A stretch of 55,692 bases of DNA, filler included, from Catajapyx aquilonaris (lineage: Eukaryota): NCBI GenBank assembly GCA_000934665.2. It is 2 parts of 2 records of this genome, joined end to end, with 100 filler letters (N's around TTAATTAATTAA, not from the genome) between each part and the next. Parts side by side here need not be neighbours in the genome. Positions count along the whole stretch, not along the records: positions 1 to 27,775 come from KZ539265.1; 1 more part is not named here. One strand, written 5' to 3'. The position numbers were made by a program, and so were the translations under genes. Shown here in pieces: positions 10,658 through 23,000 of the stretch (position 1 is the first letter of the stretch; the number at the start of each line of letters is the position of its first letter). Under the pieces are notes generated by a model that was not told the DNA's origin, did not search any database, and saw only the letters and a list, made by a program, of their open reading frames with translations.

Positions 10658-13600
10658 TCAAGTGATTTTGGTGATCTGCGCCCCGAGAAGACCTTGCAGG
10701 TGTGCCCCGTGCCTGATCAGCACCACCTTCCCGCCCTTGGAAGTGGCCGACACCTTGTCCCCTCCGATTTGACAGCACCTCCACTTTTCAAGGAACTCCT
10801 CCATGCTGGTCTCGGTCACATCTGTCCTTGAAATTCCCTTCATTATGCTCTCCTTGGTCCGCTTGCAGCACTGCGCCACATCCTGCAGCAGGGCAAACTT
10901 CCCTTCCTGTCCATCCGTCTCATACAATGAAGGCAGAGGGTTCTCACTCATCTCAAAGTCAAATTCCTCTTCACTGATATTGTCCTCCTTGCCATCTGAT
11001 ACAGGCACACTATCCAGGACGTCAAACCCAGTCCCACGTGGATCCAGGCAGGAAGCTGTCCCCTTGAACTCCCAAGGTGGAGCCTTCAGGCCCTCCACGT
11101 CTGCGATGTGATGGGACAGAAGCTGGGCAGTATGGGGGTTGTCTTCTGCCAGCGACAGAGGGGTGGCTCCGCTGTATGTAGCCAACACGGGATCAGCACC
11201 GTATGATATCAGAAGCCTGACAACCTCAGTGTAGCCATATTCCGATGCCTCGTGGAGTGGTCTGTGGGGAAAAAAAATCATTTTAGTCAAAACAATATTT
11301 AGCATCACATTAAACTGTTATTCTAACAAGTGTAGGATTTTTTCTTCTTTAGAAAGGTGCGTTGGCAACAGAGGAAAACAGAGGGAGCCATGGTAGAAAT
11401 GAGGCCAATTTGACAACAAACCTGATTCCTCCCTGAGCCGCCTGAGATGGATCAGCCCCATACATGAGCAGCAATCGTGCCACATCCAGGTGTCCTCTCG
11501 AGCAGGCCTCATGTAAGGGTGTGTACCCTGCGTTGTCTCGTGCCGATGCACTCATCCCAAGCCTCTCCAAGCAGTATGCGGCAATGTGCTAAAAATGAAG
11601 TAAATCGCATGAAAATGTGCCCTAAAATATTCGATGCTAGGGACTTACATCATATCCCATGCGTGCTGCTCTGTGCAATGGAGTCTCTCCCAGTCCCTTG
11701 TTGACAACCCATCCTTTGAGTTCAATCTGAACCTCCTTCTCGATGTCTCCATCCATCCTGTGGGAGCTCAAGACACCAGCCAGGGCACGGAAGAGAGGAC
11801 CCTTTCGCTTGTCACGGGTATATTCTGAGTCTCCACTCGCACTGCCGCCTTTTCCCTTTCCACTGCTGTTCAGGTTGCCTTTCTTCACATGATGTTGTTG
11901 GGTCTGCTGCTTCTTCTTCTTGCGGATGTAATCAAAACCAGAGCGGAACTTGCGACGAAGGACACGCAGCTTCAGTCGGCGGCCTTGCCCCTTGCCCTCC
12001 TGAGCTTGTATCTAAAAATTCAATTTCTCAAGTGAGCGCACTAAAATATTTAGCCAGTAGAATTCATCAATATAATTGATTGGCATATGAATCATGAAGC
12101 AATAGAGTGGGAAAAGCTAATAAAACAGATTAGCTTTGCTCAGGCATAAAACTTGACAAGATTTGGTGCACTACTTCCCCCTCCAAATAGTACAGGTGAC
12201 ACCAGCTCAAAATTTGAATAATATTCACAAATACTACCGGTCAATGGAGCATTAGGTTTCTTTCATCGTGAATAAATGCTTACCACTACACCACCATCTA
12301 AAATAAATTACCGTCTCATTCACAGCAGGAATGTCCTTTTCCTCCTCCTTGCCGTTCTCACGTGGAACTGCATTGTCGTGTGGTGGCGAGGGCAGTATGT
12401 GCATGTGGTCCCTTCTCTTGAGCAGCCTTCTCTTGGAGCTCTGCACCGCCTTCTGGCTTCGAAGCATTGCTGCGGATGCAGAGCTTCGGAGCCCTGATCT
12501 CCTTCCAAGTGGGTGGTGACGACCATGGTGTGATCTGGGAGGCCTCCTCCCTTCCCCGCTGCTCCTCCTGGAGGCCTTCCTGTCCTGATGGTGGTGGTGG
12601 CGATGCCGATGGTGTCCATGCCGGTGGTGGCGGTCGTCATCTTCATCTTCCTTATCCAGTCCCTGGTCTTCTGATGGTTCCTCCCCAAAGACTTCCCGGA
12701 TGGTGGTCTGGTGTTGCCTCTCCCTGGTCTGGGTCCTCGTCCGAGACTCCAGCACCACAGGTTCAAAATCTACAAAGCCATTGCAACCTGCGGATTGTAG
12801 TTCGGGTGGAGGTGGGCAATTAACCGCTCATGTCTCAGGAACTCTGCGAACCGGAGGCTTCTTTTCCGGGATTTCTAAGGGCCTTTCTTTTTTAAATAAA
12901 ATCAAGTACGTTGCTTTCGCTGGTGGGGAACTAAGTACAAAAACCAGTTCTTCACGGCACATGAGGCAGGCCACATGTAATCTGACCAGTACAAAACGAC
13001 TGCTTCTTGCAGAAGGCCAGAGGACGTGACTTTTAAAACAATGCAGGGTTCTCTGAATCATCAGCAGAATTTTTTTTGCCAATTTCTATAGCTACAGGTG
13101 CAGTTACACTTGTAGTGCAGTTTTGATAGGCTTAGCCAATGAATGCCACATTCCAGATGCTGTAAGTTGTATAATTAACCTTAAGTGCCTCACATGTTGT
13201 GCGAGCAATAACAACTGCCTGAGGTCCGTCTCTATTAATCATGGAAGAAATTGTAAAAGTAGGAAGACGCTTCTGCACCCAAGGCTTTCCCACATTTACA
13301 GCTCTCCATTCCTCCTTGTCTCATACATATGCATTCATTCACCGAAGCACTAAAATTGCAACAAAAGTCACAGCGCTGTAGAAGGTTAGGTAGCATCAAT
13401 GATGTGAAAGTAAAACACATTATCAGCATGTGAGCACACAGTAGGCATTACTTGTATAGCTGAATCACTGCAACAACCCGCTAAATCATAATCTTAAAAT
13501 ATGATACCCATCTACAGCAATGCTGTACAGTACAACTGCACTGTATAAAACCTTAGCTGCATTACGGCAATGCTCCTTAAATCTGTTAGATTACAAAGAA

Positions 13601-16600
13601 AATTATTTGGCAAGAAAATGCAGTTAGAATTATACATAACGGCTGAGTGGCTTAACTTTGCAGCTGATTCTTCCATTCCCCAATTCCGCCCTCACCAACT
13701 GACGGACTGCATCTGAATTCACTATCAGGTGCTCAAGCCAAGAAGTGACATTTCAGGAATTTCCACACTTACACTCCATTTATTTAGCCAGTATGTGATA
13801 AAATTCATTCATAAAATAGCCCCAAGTTCCATGCAGAGTACTTGAACAGTTACAATCCAGTTTCAAATACGGTACAGTTTGCCCAGAATGGAATGGTATG
13901 CTGTGGAATTTCTAGCTGACCAACTAAGCAGTATGGAACCCCAAAAGTGAGATCACTTGGTGCTGCCAGCCACAAAGTTGCAAATGCCAGCCTATATCAA
14001 GAGTGCCTACCCTTATTTTCAGCAAGTAGGTAATAATCATTGGGAATGTGCCATGCATTCTATGTTGACCTTTCCCCGTCCCAAAGTCATAGCCATCAAA
14101 TTTGTTGCACAATTGCATTCTAAAAAATAATTATTTCCATATTAACAGCTATGACTTGCATTATACTAACACTTGAATTCTAAGCATAAGTATGTGTACA
14201 TGCATTCATCTTATTTTCAATATGGCACGTAATTAGTTTCATATTGCTCTTGTACATCTACAGTACTATCAGCTACTTGGTCATTCCACCAAACCACCTG
14301 GCAGTTATCCATTACAATATATCTCAAATTATAACTGCATGAAATGTTCGCGAGGCACAAAAATCTGGGTACTCTTTTTATAATAATGACTAGTCTCAAA
14401 ATTACGAGCTTTAACTCTTTAAAATATCTACAGTACTAGGATACCTCAAGATGAGTCAGAGGAATGCTGATAAGATCATTGAGAGATATCACGGACACAC
14501 AGTACAAGCATCAGTTGGTTAAACCTGGAATGCCCCTACATATAATTATTGCACTACATCTTAATAGTAGTCACATGCCAAAATTGTTTCTGTCAAGTGA
14601 AGTGACTTTTGACATGACATAATTATATTCTAAATAATAATAATAAATAGTGGAAGTGGAAACTCCTAGAATGTGACACATTTCTAGGAGCTCCCTCTCT
14701 GCCTACTTCTACAGAGACATCCACAACTACACCCTTCCGAGACCATCCAAGCACACCACCATTCGCCTTGCACGTGAGCCAACGTGGTGTGCCCAAACTA
14801 GAGTGAGTGTAAGTGAGTGAGTGAGTGAGTGAGTGAGCGAGCAAGAGTGAGTTATTAGTCAAGAAGAAGAGCCTCAAAGGCAGTAGTAGGGTTAGTAAGT
14901 GGCATCAAGCACAAGCTCACTGATGCATTAGTAACGTATACCTGTGAGGCTCTGGAAGGTGTCTCGGAAGGCAGCCAGTGTCTCCTTTCTGAACGAGCCC
15001 AGGTAGCCATGAAGGGCTGCAACCGAGGGCACCTCACCTTCCAACGCAGGAGCTGGCAACAGCTCTGGCTTCCCGCCATTCTCAGGGCTCTTGCGGAGCT
15101 TCCCCAGGTGCTTCAGCCACCGGCGATCCGTCGTCGACCTGCACTTACGCCACAGGTGCTTCAGGATCTCTGACGATGTCCTGCGCCTGTCGGATGATGC
15201 TGACTCGTCCAGGTCACCAGTAGACCGGACATTCCAGCTCCCAGTGGAATCCCCTCCGTCGCTGTCTTCACTCCGGACAGAGGGTGAGCCCATGTGGACC
15301 ACGCTTCTCCAGGGACCTCGGTGGTTGGACGGTGTCGGCGATGGTGCCGACTGTGGAGAGGATGCTCCGGGTGCTGCCACACGGATCAGCTGAGGGGGCA
15401 TCCGGAGAGACTGCTTGAATTTGAGGAGGTCTTCTTCCCAACCTGGCTGGAAGTGGGAGCCGTCGCCAAATTTCCGCCTGTTGGCCACATGACGGGGTGA
15501 ATCTGCTGGAGATGACGTTGCAGATGTAGGCACAGAACCTTGTTCGTCTTTGCTGCGGATCGATGGCGATTCATCTCGGTGGTGCTGCTTCTCCTTCTCC
15601 TCCTTGGGTCTGACTGACTTCAGCCGGCTGACAATATCTCCCTTTTTGGGTGACTCCTTCTTGCTGTCACGTGTTTTCAATGGCTTCGACTTTGACTTGT
15701 CTTTGGTATCTTTGGGTATCCTCAGCTCTTTCTTCGAGTCCGACCCATCCTCCTTTCTGGGCGATTGCGCTTCCCTGCGAGGTCGTGGTTCGCGTGGGGC
15801 AGGTTCCTTCAAATCGTCTGCATCTCGTGGCCTCAGTCTTTGTTTGATGGAATCCTCTTCTTCGCGTCTGCTGTGCCGCCCTCTCCTTGCCAGCAAGCGA
15901 TCTGCTACCGACTCACTCTCCTCCGATTCAGACTCTGAAAACTCTGACGACTCATCGTCATCATCCCCGGAAGACCCTGAAGAATCCGAATCACCTCCAA
16001 CGCTCCTGGCAGCACTCCTGGTTGTAGCTCCTCGAGTGCTTCGAAGACGCCGCTGGGACGTCCTGCAGACTCGACCTCTCTTCCTGAGAGCATATTGCCT
16101 TCCCACATCATCCTCTTCAGATTCAGACGACTCGTCGTCATCATCGTCGTCGTCGTCAGTATCATCATCAGACTCGCTCTCCCCGGCAGATTCCTCCTGG
16201 ACTTTCTTTTGCTGCTCCGGTCTCCCTCGTCGTACCCGCTTAACGTCTTTCTTGGCTGAAGAAGTCTTGGTCGGAGTGGATTTGACCTTGCTCACTTCAG
16301 TAGGTTTCTTCTTCTTGGAGGAAGTCGAAGCTTGTGATCGTCTCGCAGACAGTGGCAGGTCTTCATCAGACGAGCTGTCAGGAGCAGGTGTGGACTCGGG
16401 CACGGGTTCGACTTTTTCTTCGATTGGCGGCGGAGTCTTTTCTTTGACTGGCGTCTGTTCCTCAACAACTGCAGGTTCATCTTCCTCTCCGCTTGATCGC
16501 ACCTGCTCCTTACTCTGCCGGTGCCCACGGGAGCCCTTCCTCTTGCCCTTCTGGCCGCCCGGGTTGGTCTGCAGTTCTTCCATGAACATATCACATGCAT

Positions 16601-19600
16601 TTAGCCAGGTGTCCTCCATGGCAGGGACAGCTCCCGAGCCATTCAAAGGTTCCGGACTGGGCGAAGACAACCGCGGTGGGTATCCCAACTCGGGGCTGAA
16701 CTCCCCGCCAGGGGTAGAGCCTCTCCTGCTGCCTCCCATTCTCTCAGACACTGAAATCGGCGTCTTTCGATCCCTCCTGAGTGTGTCCAGCGTCTGCCTT
16801 TCAAGCACTGGCATTTCCGAGTCACTGTCACTATCACGAAAGTCGAACACGGACGGGGCTGGTGCCCGCACTGGCGGGACTGGGATCCTGATCGGCTCCC
16901 GAAGTGGCTCTGGAGCTTCGTTGGCACTTCCCCGCGAAAATAACCGTCGACGGGGAGAGTAACCTGACTTCTCCCTAGTGAGCTTTGGAGGTCCAGGGGT
17001 TCCTCCAGGGGTTCCAGGAATGGCCCCCACAGCAGAGGCGGCGGCCAACTGGAGGACCATGTTGGCGGCGCTGTGGAATTGTGGATGGAGCTGCTGGACA
17101 TGGGTCTGATCTGTTCCTGGACCATGCTGCTGGAGTGGATGCTGCTGGTGGTGAAGTGGAACGTGGCCAATCGAGTTGGGCCTCTTCGGGACCGGTTTGT
17201 ACCCGGAAATGTCCAGGAGGGTGCGGGATCCGGTGTCCCTGACATGCTCAGCAGTCATGATGGTCGGCGCGACCACGGTGGATGAGGAGGATGACGATGA
17301 TTGCTGGTGGGCCACCTCTTTCATTTCGGCTTTCGTTTTGATTCTGGAGGTGAGGAAAGCGACCAGTCCGTCCAGTTCAGTCAGTTCCGGAGGCCTTCCG
17401 CTGGTGACGGGTCCTTGCTGCTGGTGCTGTCCCAGCAGAGGAGAGCCCCTGTAGCCCACGAATGCAGCCGCAGCAGCAGACACATCCAGTACCCCGGGCG
17501 AAGGCACGTACCGCGAGGATGGCCTCGGCCTGCACAGCTCCGATGGGGTCACCGGGGTCACTTGGGAAGTGGAGGCGGTGGTGGTGATCGGGTCGCAATG
17601 ACCTCTAGACACGGGGGTAGGGATGGGCATTCCGTTGGGCAGCCCCCCAGCGTATGTGGTGACAGTGGTCACTGAGGACGTGGCACCGTGAGTGCATACC
17701 ACACTCGGGTAAGCGTAATGTGCGTTGGCCGTGACCACGCTGCTCCTTTGTACCGTAGACGCCGGCGCCGAGGTGGACGACGGCGGCGGTGGCCACGACG
17801 CCGTGGAGACAGCGGCTGACGGACCACCAGTTTCGTTTGCAGACAGTGCGAGTCTGGTAGGGGGAGGGTAACCTCGGTTGGATGGAATGGGGTGGTAGTA
17901 AGGTCTCTGCACGGACATGTGACTCGTCTGCAGGACCGAAGCGTGGGCGTAGTTGTGCTGCTGCGAGTGGTGCGCAGCGGGGGTGGTGGCGAGGTGGTGC
18001 GAGTGTGACGTGGTGGCGGTGTGGGTGGTGTGTTGGGAATGTGACGGGTGTGGCACGTGCAGGTGGGCTGAGGAGTGTTGAGATGAAGAGGAAGAGTGCT
18101 GCTGGAGGGAGGGATGGGAGTGGGCTGGATGCAAGGTCTGAGGAGGAGGCGGCTGCGGCTGCGGCTGCTGTGGTGAAGGCGAATACTTCCTCGGTGGGCA
18201 GTACGGGTACGACTTGTCCAGTTTGGCTGGTATGGACAGTTGCACCTCTTCTTTGGATTCTAGTGTGTTGCGGAGGACGCTCGGTGGAAGACGACGAAGG
18301 TCCGCCGCAGGACTCTTGGCCAGCAGCCTTTGCAGTGTCTGGTTCCCGTGGTTCAACCCTGACGACGAGGAGGAGGAGGAGGAGGAAGATGACGAGGAGG
18401 ATGAGGAAGAGGCGCCCGTACCTAGCCCGTTGTGATTTCGAGCCCAGGTGGCCACCGGAGGCCTCGGGTACGAGATTTGGTTGGCCGGTGCAGGCACAGA
18501 GTGGCCGGATTCTACCCTGGGAACCTTGGCGGGGTGTCCACCTGTGCGCCAGTCCTCGGGGTTGCTGCGCTTGCCCACAGCCACCACCTTGGATGTCACC
18601 ACCGTGGATGGAATGACCGAAGGAAGCGCGGGGTGCATCCCGGCTGGCCGAGTGTACCCGCCACCGTGAGTCTGTGCTTGCGGGTAAGACGTGACACCGT
18701 ACTCTCCGTGGTGGGAGTACGCGTATCCGGAGCTCTTACTCGAAGGGTAAGAGCTCTTTGTGGCACCTGTGGAAGGCCTCGATGTGGTCTCCAGTGCGGT
18801 CGGCGTGTAGGCAGAGGCGACCGAGGCTGACGTACTGGGGGCATACCCTGGCTGGTACCCGACCTTGGGGTGCAGAGACGCACTCCCTGCCGCCTGCCTC
18901 GAGTCGTAGTAACTGGAGTAGGCAGCCGAGTCCGGGATTTGCAAAGGCGAGATGCGAGGGTGGTGCGAGGGAGGCGGTGCAGCAACAGTAGCAGCAGGGG
19001 CACCCACCCTCTTGCTGCTGTTCCCAACTGAACTCGGAGGCGATACCACCGCACTTCGACTGTCTTCGTCCCTCGGAGCCGACGTGGAGTCGGCCGACTG
19101 TCGCACTGTCTTCACCGAGAGGTCCAGCGGCGATTCCCGCTTGCTGCGAGCCACGGGCTTGACCGTGGGTGGCGCGGGGGTGTGATACGACACGAACTTG
19201 TGGTGGTGTCCCCGCATGGCCTGTTGGCTGTGCTGCGACTGCGAGTGGCTCTGGGAGTGGCCGTGGTGATGCGGGTGCTGGGAGTGGGTGTGGGAGTGGG
19301 TGTGGGAAGAGTGCTGGGTGCTGCTGTGCGTAGGGGGTTGGTAGTACGACGATGGCTGGGGGTTGCTGGACGACGTGGAGGGTGGCACTACGATCTGGGT
19401 ATAGTAGCTCCCGTGGCCACTGTACTGCTTCACATACCGCGCGTCCATGCGCGCGTCGCCGTACGAGGTCACCGGCAGCCGCGAGCTGGCCAAGGGGTTT
19501 CCGACGGGCAGCCCGTTGCTCACAACCACGCCTCCGCCTGCATGACCTCCGACGGAGGAACCACCGTCACCCTGCAGAGGCGCCGTGGCCGGAGGGTCTT

Positions 19601-20075
19601 CTGTTATGCTGGGCGGCCGGAGTAACGTACCGTTGGCCAGTGCAGTCATAAACGGTCCTTGCCGTACTCCCTGCGTCGACTGCTGCACAGGAGGCGGCGG
19701 TGGCCGCGGCTGGGGCTGCGGAACACCAATTCGGGACCCGGTGGCTGCCCCGCCCAGACTACTACTGCTGCTGCTACTTGTGCTCCCGGCACTGGACACC
19801 CTCGGGTACATCTGTGTCGGGATGTAAGGGCCGCCCCCATAGGCCGAAGACGGCGGGTGGTTGCCCCAGTATGCGACCGCGGAAGAGCGCCCGGAAGAGC
19901 TGCGCTGGGCTGCAACAGCAGCCGCAGCAGCCGCTGCCTCCGACGTCCGGATGTGAGGCGTAGGGTGCACCAGGGGCTGCGCTGAGGGCTGCCTGTCCAA
20001 CGGCCGACTGCCCGCCGGCAGCCCCTGGAAGAACGGCCTCGCCCCTTCCAGCACATTGCTGTAGCTGATGTCCAT
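10658..20075 (-). CDS. BCORL1: BCL-6 corepressor-like protein (BCOR/BCORL1 orthologue, Drosophila CG14073-type), ~2247 aa
   Basis: Exons 20075-14942, 12787-12312, 12011-11649, 11588-11422, 11261-10658; phases 1,0,0,2 all match (6744 nt). CtBP-binding PLDLS (RESPLDLSVKTVRQSADS), SRTRTQTR...TIREVFGE, RRKFRSGFDYIRKKKK (NLS-like), ankyrin repeats (GETPLHRAAR, GYTPLHEAC, RPLHEASEYG, GATPLSLA) and a PUFD-like C-terminus. A CAG acceptor at 20078-20080 precedes the ATG, so upstream exons exist. Confidence 0.85.
14801..14840. repeat. (GTGA)n microsatellite, read as (UCAC)n in the BCOR pre-mRNA
   Basis: gagtgagtgtaagtgagtgagtgagtgagtgagtgagcga. Confidence 0.85.
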
Positions 20076-23000
20076 CTCTGCAACATATCGCAAGGGAAAC
20101 ACAAGTTACTGACAATGCCACACCATGACAGTGAAACGAAACAGCGCTTATTCCGCATTATTAGCTGAGACGTCCCCTGTCACACACCTAATATATTCTC
20201 GCGGTTTTGTCGCCAAAATAAGGCAAGGGAATCGATCTCCGCTCTACTTTTCCGCATATACTCCCCGAGAAGCGCGCGTGTAGATCCAGGCTGAGCCCAC
20301 AAAATATTACCATCCACCACGCACAAAAAAAACGGGTTAAAATCCAAATGCGCATTATGTTCCTATACCGACGACACCTTCCGTCAACATTTGACCTCTC
20401 CGCATCTCTTCGCTCAGCAAGTACGCCATAACTTAAGTGCGCTGTAATTATTCCGCCTCCGTCCCCCGAATTGCTCCTGGAAGACCTACGCGGCGACAAA
20501 TCCACCCCCGTACATTACTGTGTTTTCTTCCCTCCCCCGGAAGCCGTTTGGCAATTGGCCGGAATGGGCTTCACCGGGTGGTCCGCTGCCTGTACCTGCG
20601 TTGGGACTGACCCCGCTACATACACAGCATCCTATCGATTTCCCCTTCTTCTCCCGCCGACCCAAGCGTTTTTTTGCCCCCCAAATTCAAGAGAACGCGG
20701 AAATTGCCAGCGGTGCGCAACCATCTGCCTGCAAGACGTGTCTCTTTTTCCCCCCCACAGCAGTTCGTCTCCTAATTGTCCACCATTGTCTCCAGGATTT
20801 TACTTCGGGTGTCCGGATGGTATAACCGACGCCCGTTTTTAAGTGGAGCGTGGTACAGTGTATTACAGAATGGCACCGAGGCCTAAAATGCGATTCTCGA
20901 TAAAGATAACTTCTCTCAGCTTGACAGGTCTGTTAGTCGATATTATGCCCGCAAAAAATGGGAGTTAAAAAAAAAAAAAAACTTTTCCCTTGTATCGATT
21001 GATGGCTTCCCCCCTTCTCCAGTTATTTGCCACGCCGGCAGAACGTCAATTTGGGAAGGAATATATTAAATTGCACTGTAACCACTACTTCTCTGCAGAG
21101 AACAACGCAAAAAACCGCGTTAGTTTTAACCCCAACCAGGCTTTGTAACGTATGGTAATCTTTATGATTCACAAATCGACAACAATCCAAGTGACTAGCA
21201 TGTTCTGTAATGGCTGATTCATGTAAATAACCATGAATCATTTGGAATAACTTTTCCTTGAATGGGTATGTACTGCGAACGCCGATGTGCAACGGGCACA
21301 AAAAAAAAACCTAGACGCATGAAAATATCGGCTGCACTAAAACTGTAATGTTTGTCGTGCAGTATTTCTGTCTGCAGTACCGCACTTGGAATGTCATAGT
21401 ATTGACAAGGTACACATACTAAATCGGTGATGCAGGCCAACAACTACCATACGCGAGCTTTGCTGACATTCAATCCTCGGTTTTACGACTTATTTTTCTT
21501 GACTGCAGCAGTAATAGCATATGGAAGTGATTTCGTAAATTTAAACCTTATGAAGCTTTATAACCCAATGCAAAGTCTAGCATTTTTATGATGGGTGGTA
21601 TACTGCCAATGTTGACATCAACAATGGGGCGAGGGTTAAGAATGATGTATTTCCAATCGCGTATGTGTGTACCCACTGGCAGATTCCGATGTGCATGCTT
21701 CACTGGAAATAACAATCCGTCATCATTGTCGTATAGAGGTCAACAAAGGCAGTGCACCGCACCAGTACAGCTTCTTTCGTTATAAGGCCAATCTCGTACA
21801 AGGTCAGCTGAGTTGAATGACCGATGTTTCGCAAAAGTATTTCAATGGGATCAGCCATTTCTTACGATGTTTACATTCTGTTATACGCCATATCAGAAGT
21901 GATGACGACGGTGCCTGAAAATACATGCTATTCAATCGAGCCAATAATATTTGTTCCATCGCAAACCTCTGAACACACACCATTAAGTCAGCACAACTCG
22001 CCTTTTCCAGAATAATACGACGTGATAGGGTCAAGGGCAACGCAGCACTGTACCGCACTATGCAAATCGCACTACATCATCCATAGTAATAGGCGTAGTA
22101 TATGGCACATTACATGCCCTAGCACTGTACCATTGTATCAAGGCCGCTCCCGACCTATACGAAAGTCTAGAATCGAATTACCTTTACACGAACACCTTGA
22201 AACAAAAAAAGCATATTTTCCGCCCATCCTGCTGCCGACATCTGTTTTTCGCCTGCAAGTCTAATTTCGCAATAAAGTGTGCATCGACGCAAATCCAATA
22301 ACCCCGTGCAACAAAAGCCTCTCACAGGTCTCAAGGCCACATAAACTTCCCCAACACCTGTCGAGCCGGCCTCATTCACCACTTTACATCGGTCCCAAAA
22401 GTCCGCATTGTTTTCTTTTCAGCGCAACTGTCAGGGGGCCAACTCTCAAAATATCCCCCCCGGTTCCACCTAGCGCCCCGCAACTAGATGGCACTGGTAT
22501 CCACTTTACCGTCTCAACCCTTCCCAAATTCTGACACACCCGGTGGAATCTGCTTCCCAATTGATTTCTGCCTCAAGTGGGGATACAATTATACGGGGGA
22601 GGGCCAAACTATGGGCCTCGCAACGTTCGGGCAAAATCTGGTTTGTCATCTGTCATCATCGGTGTTTTCCCCGTTTCCATCACCGCCACGTGGTCATTCA
22701 TGAGCTTCCGACGCATCGTGCGACATCTACCCGAGTGTCAAGATCCGTCCAATCGATATGGACCGTGTATTTAAAACACCATGCCATGATATTCACTTTA
22801 AAAAAATGCCACGACATTTATAATAATGAAATAGCCAAACTACAGGATTTATCATATAAGTTATTTAAAAAAAAATTAGCGGCCATTGAAATGTATACGC
22901 CGATGCAGATTTTTACTAAAGGACCTTGCCGGGGCATGCCCTGCCGATGCCCTTTACGTCAAATCACTTCTTCGTATACCGCTGGGACGTAAACTTTACG

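Noticed and set aside
15550..16962. 470-aa plus-strand ORF and other long ORFs overlapping 14928-20158
   Set aside because: Antisense or alternative-frame shadows of the GC-rich, low-complexity BCOR exon; Ser-rich mirror of Glu/Asp/Arg codons with no domain motifs.
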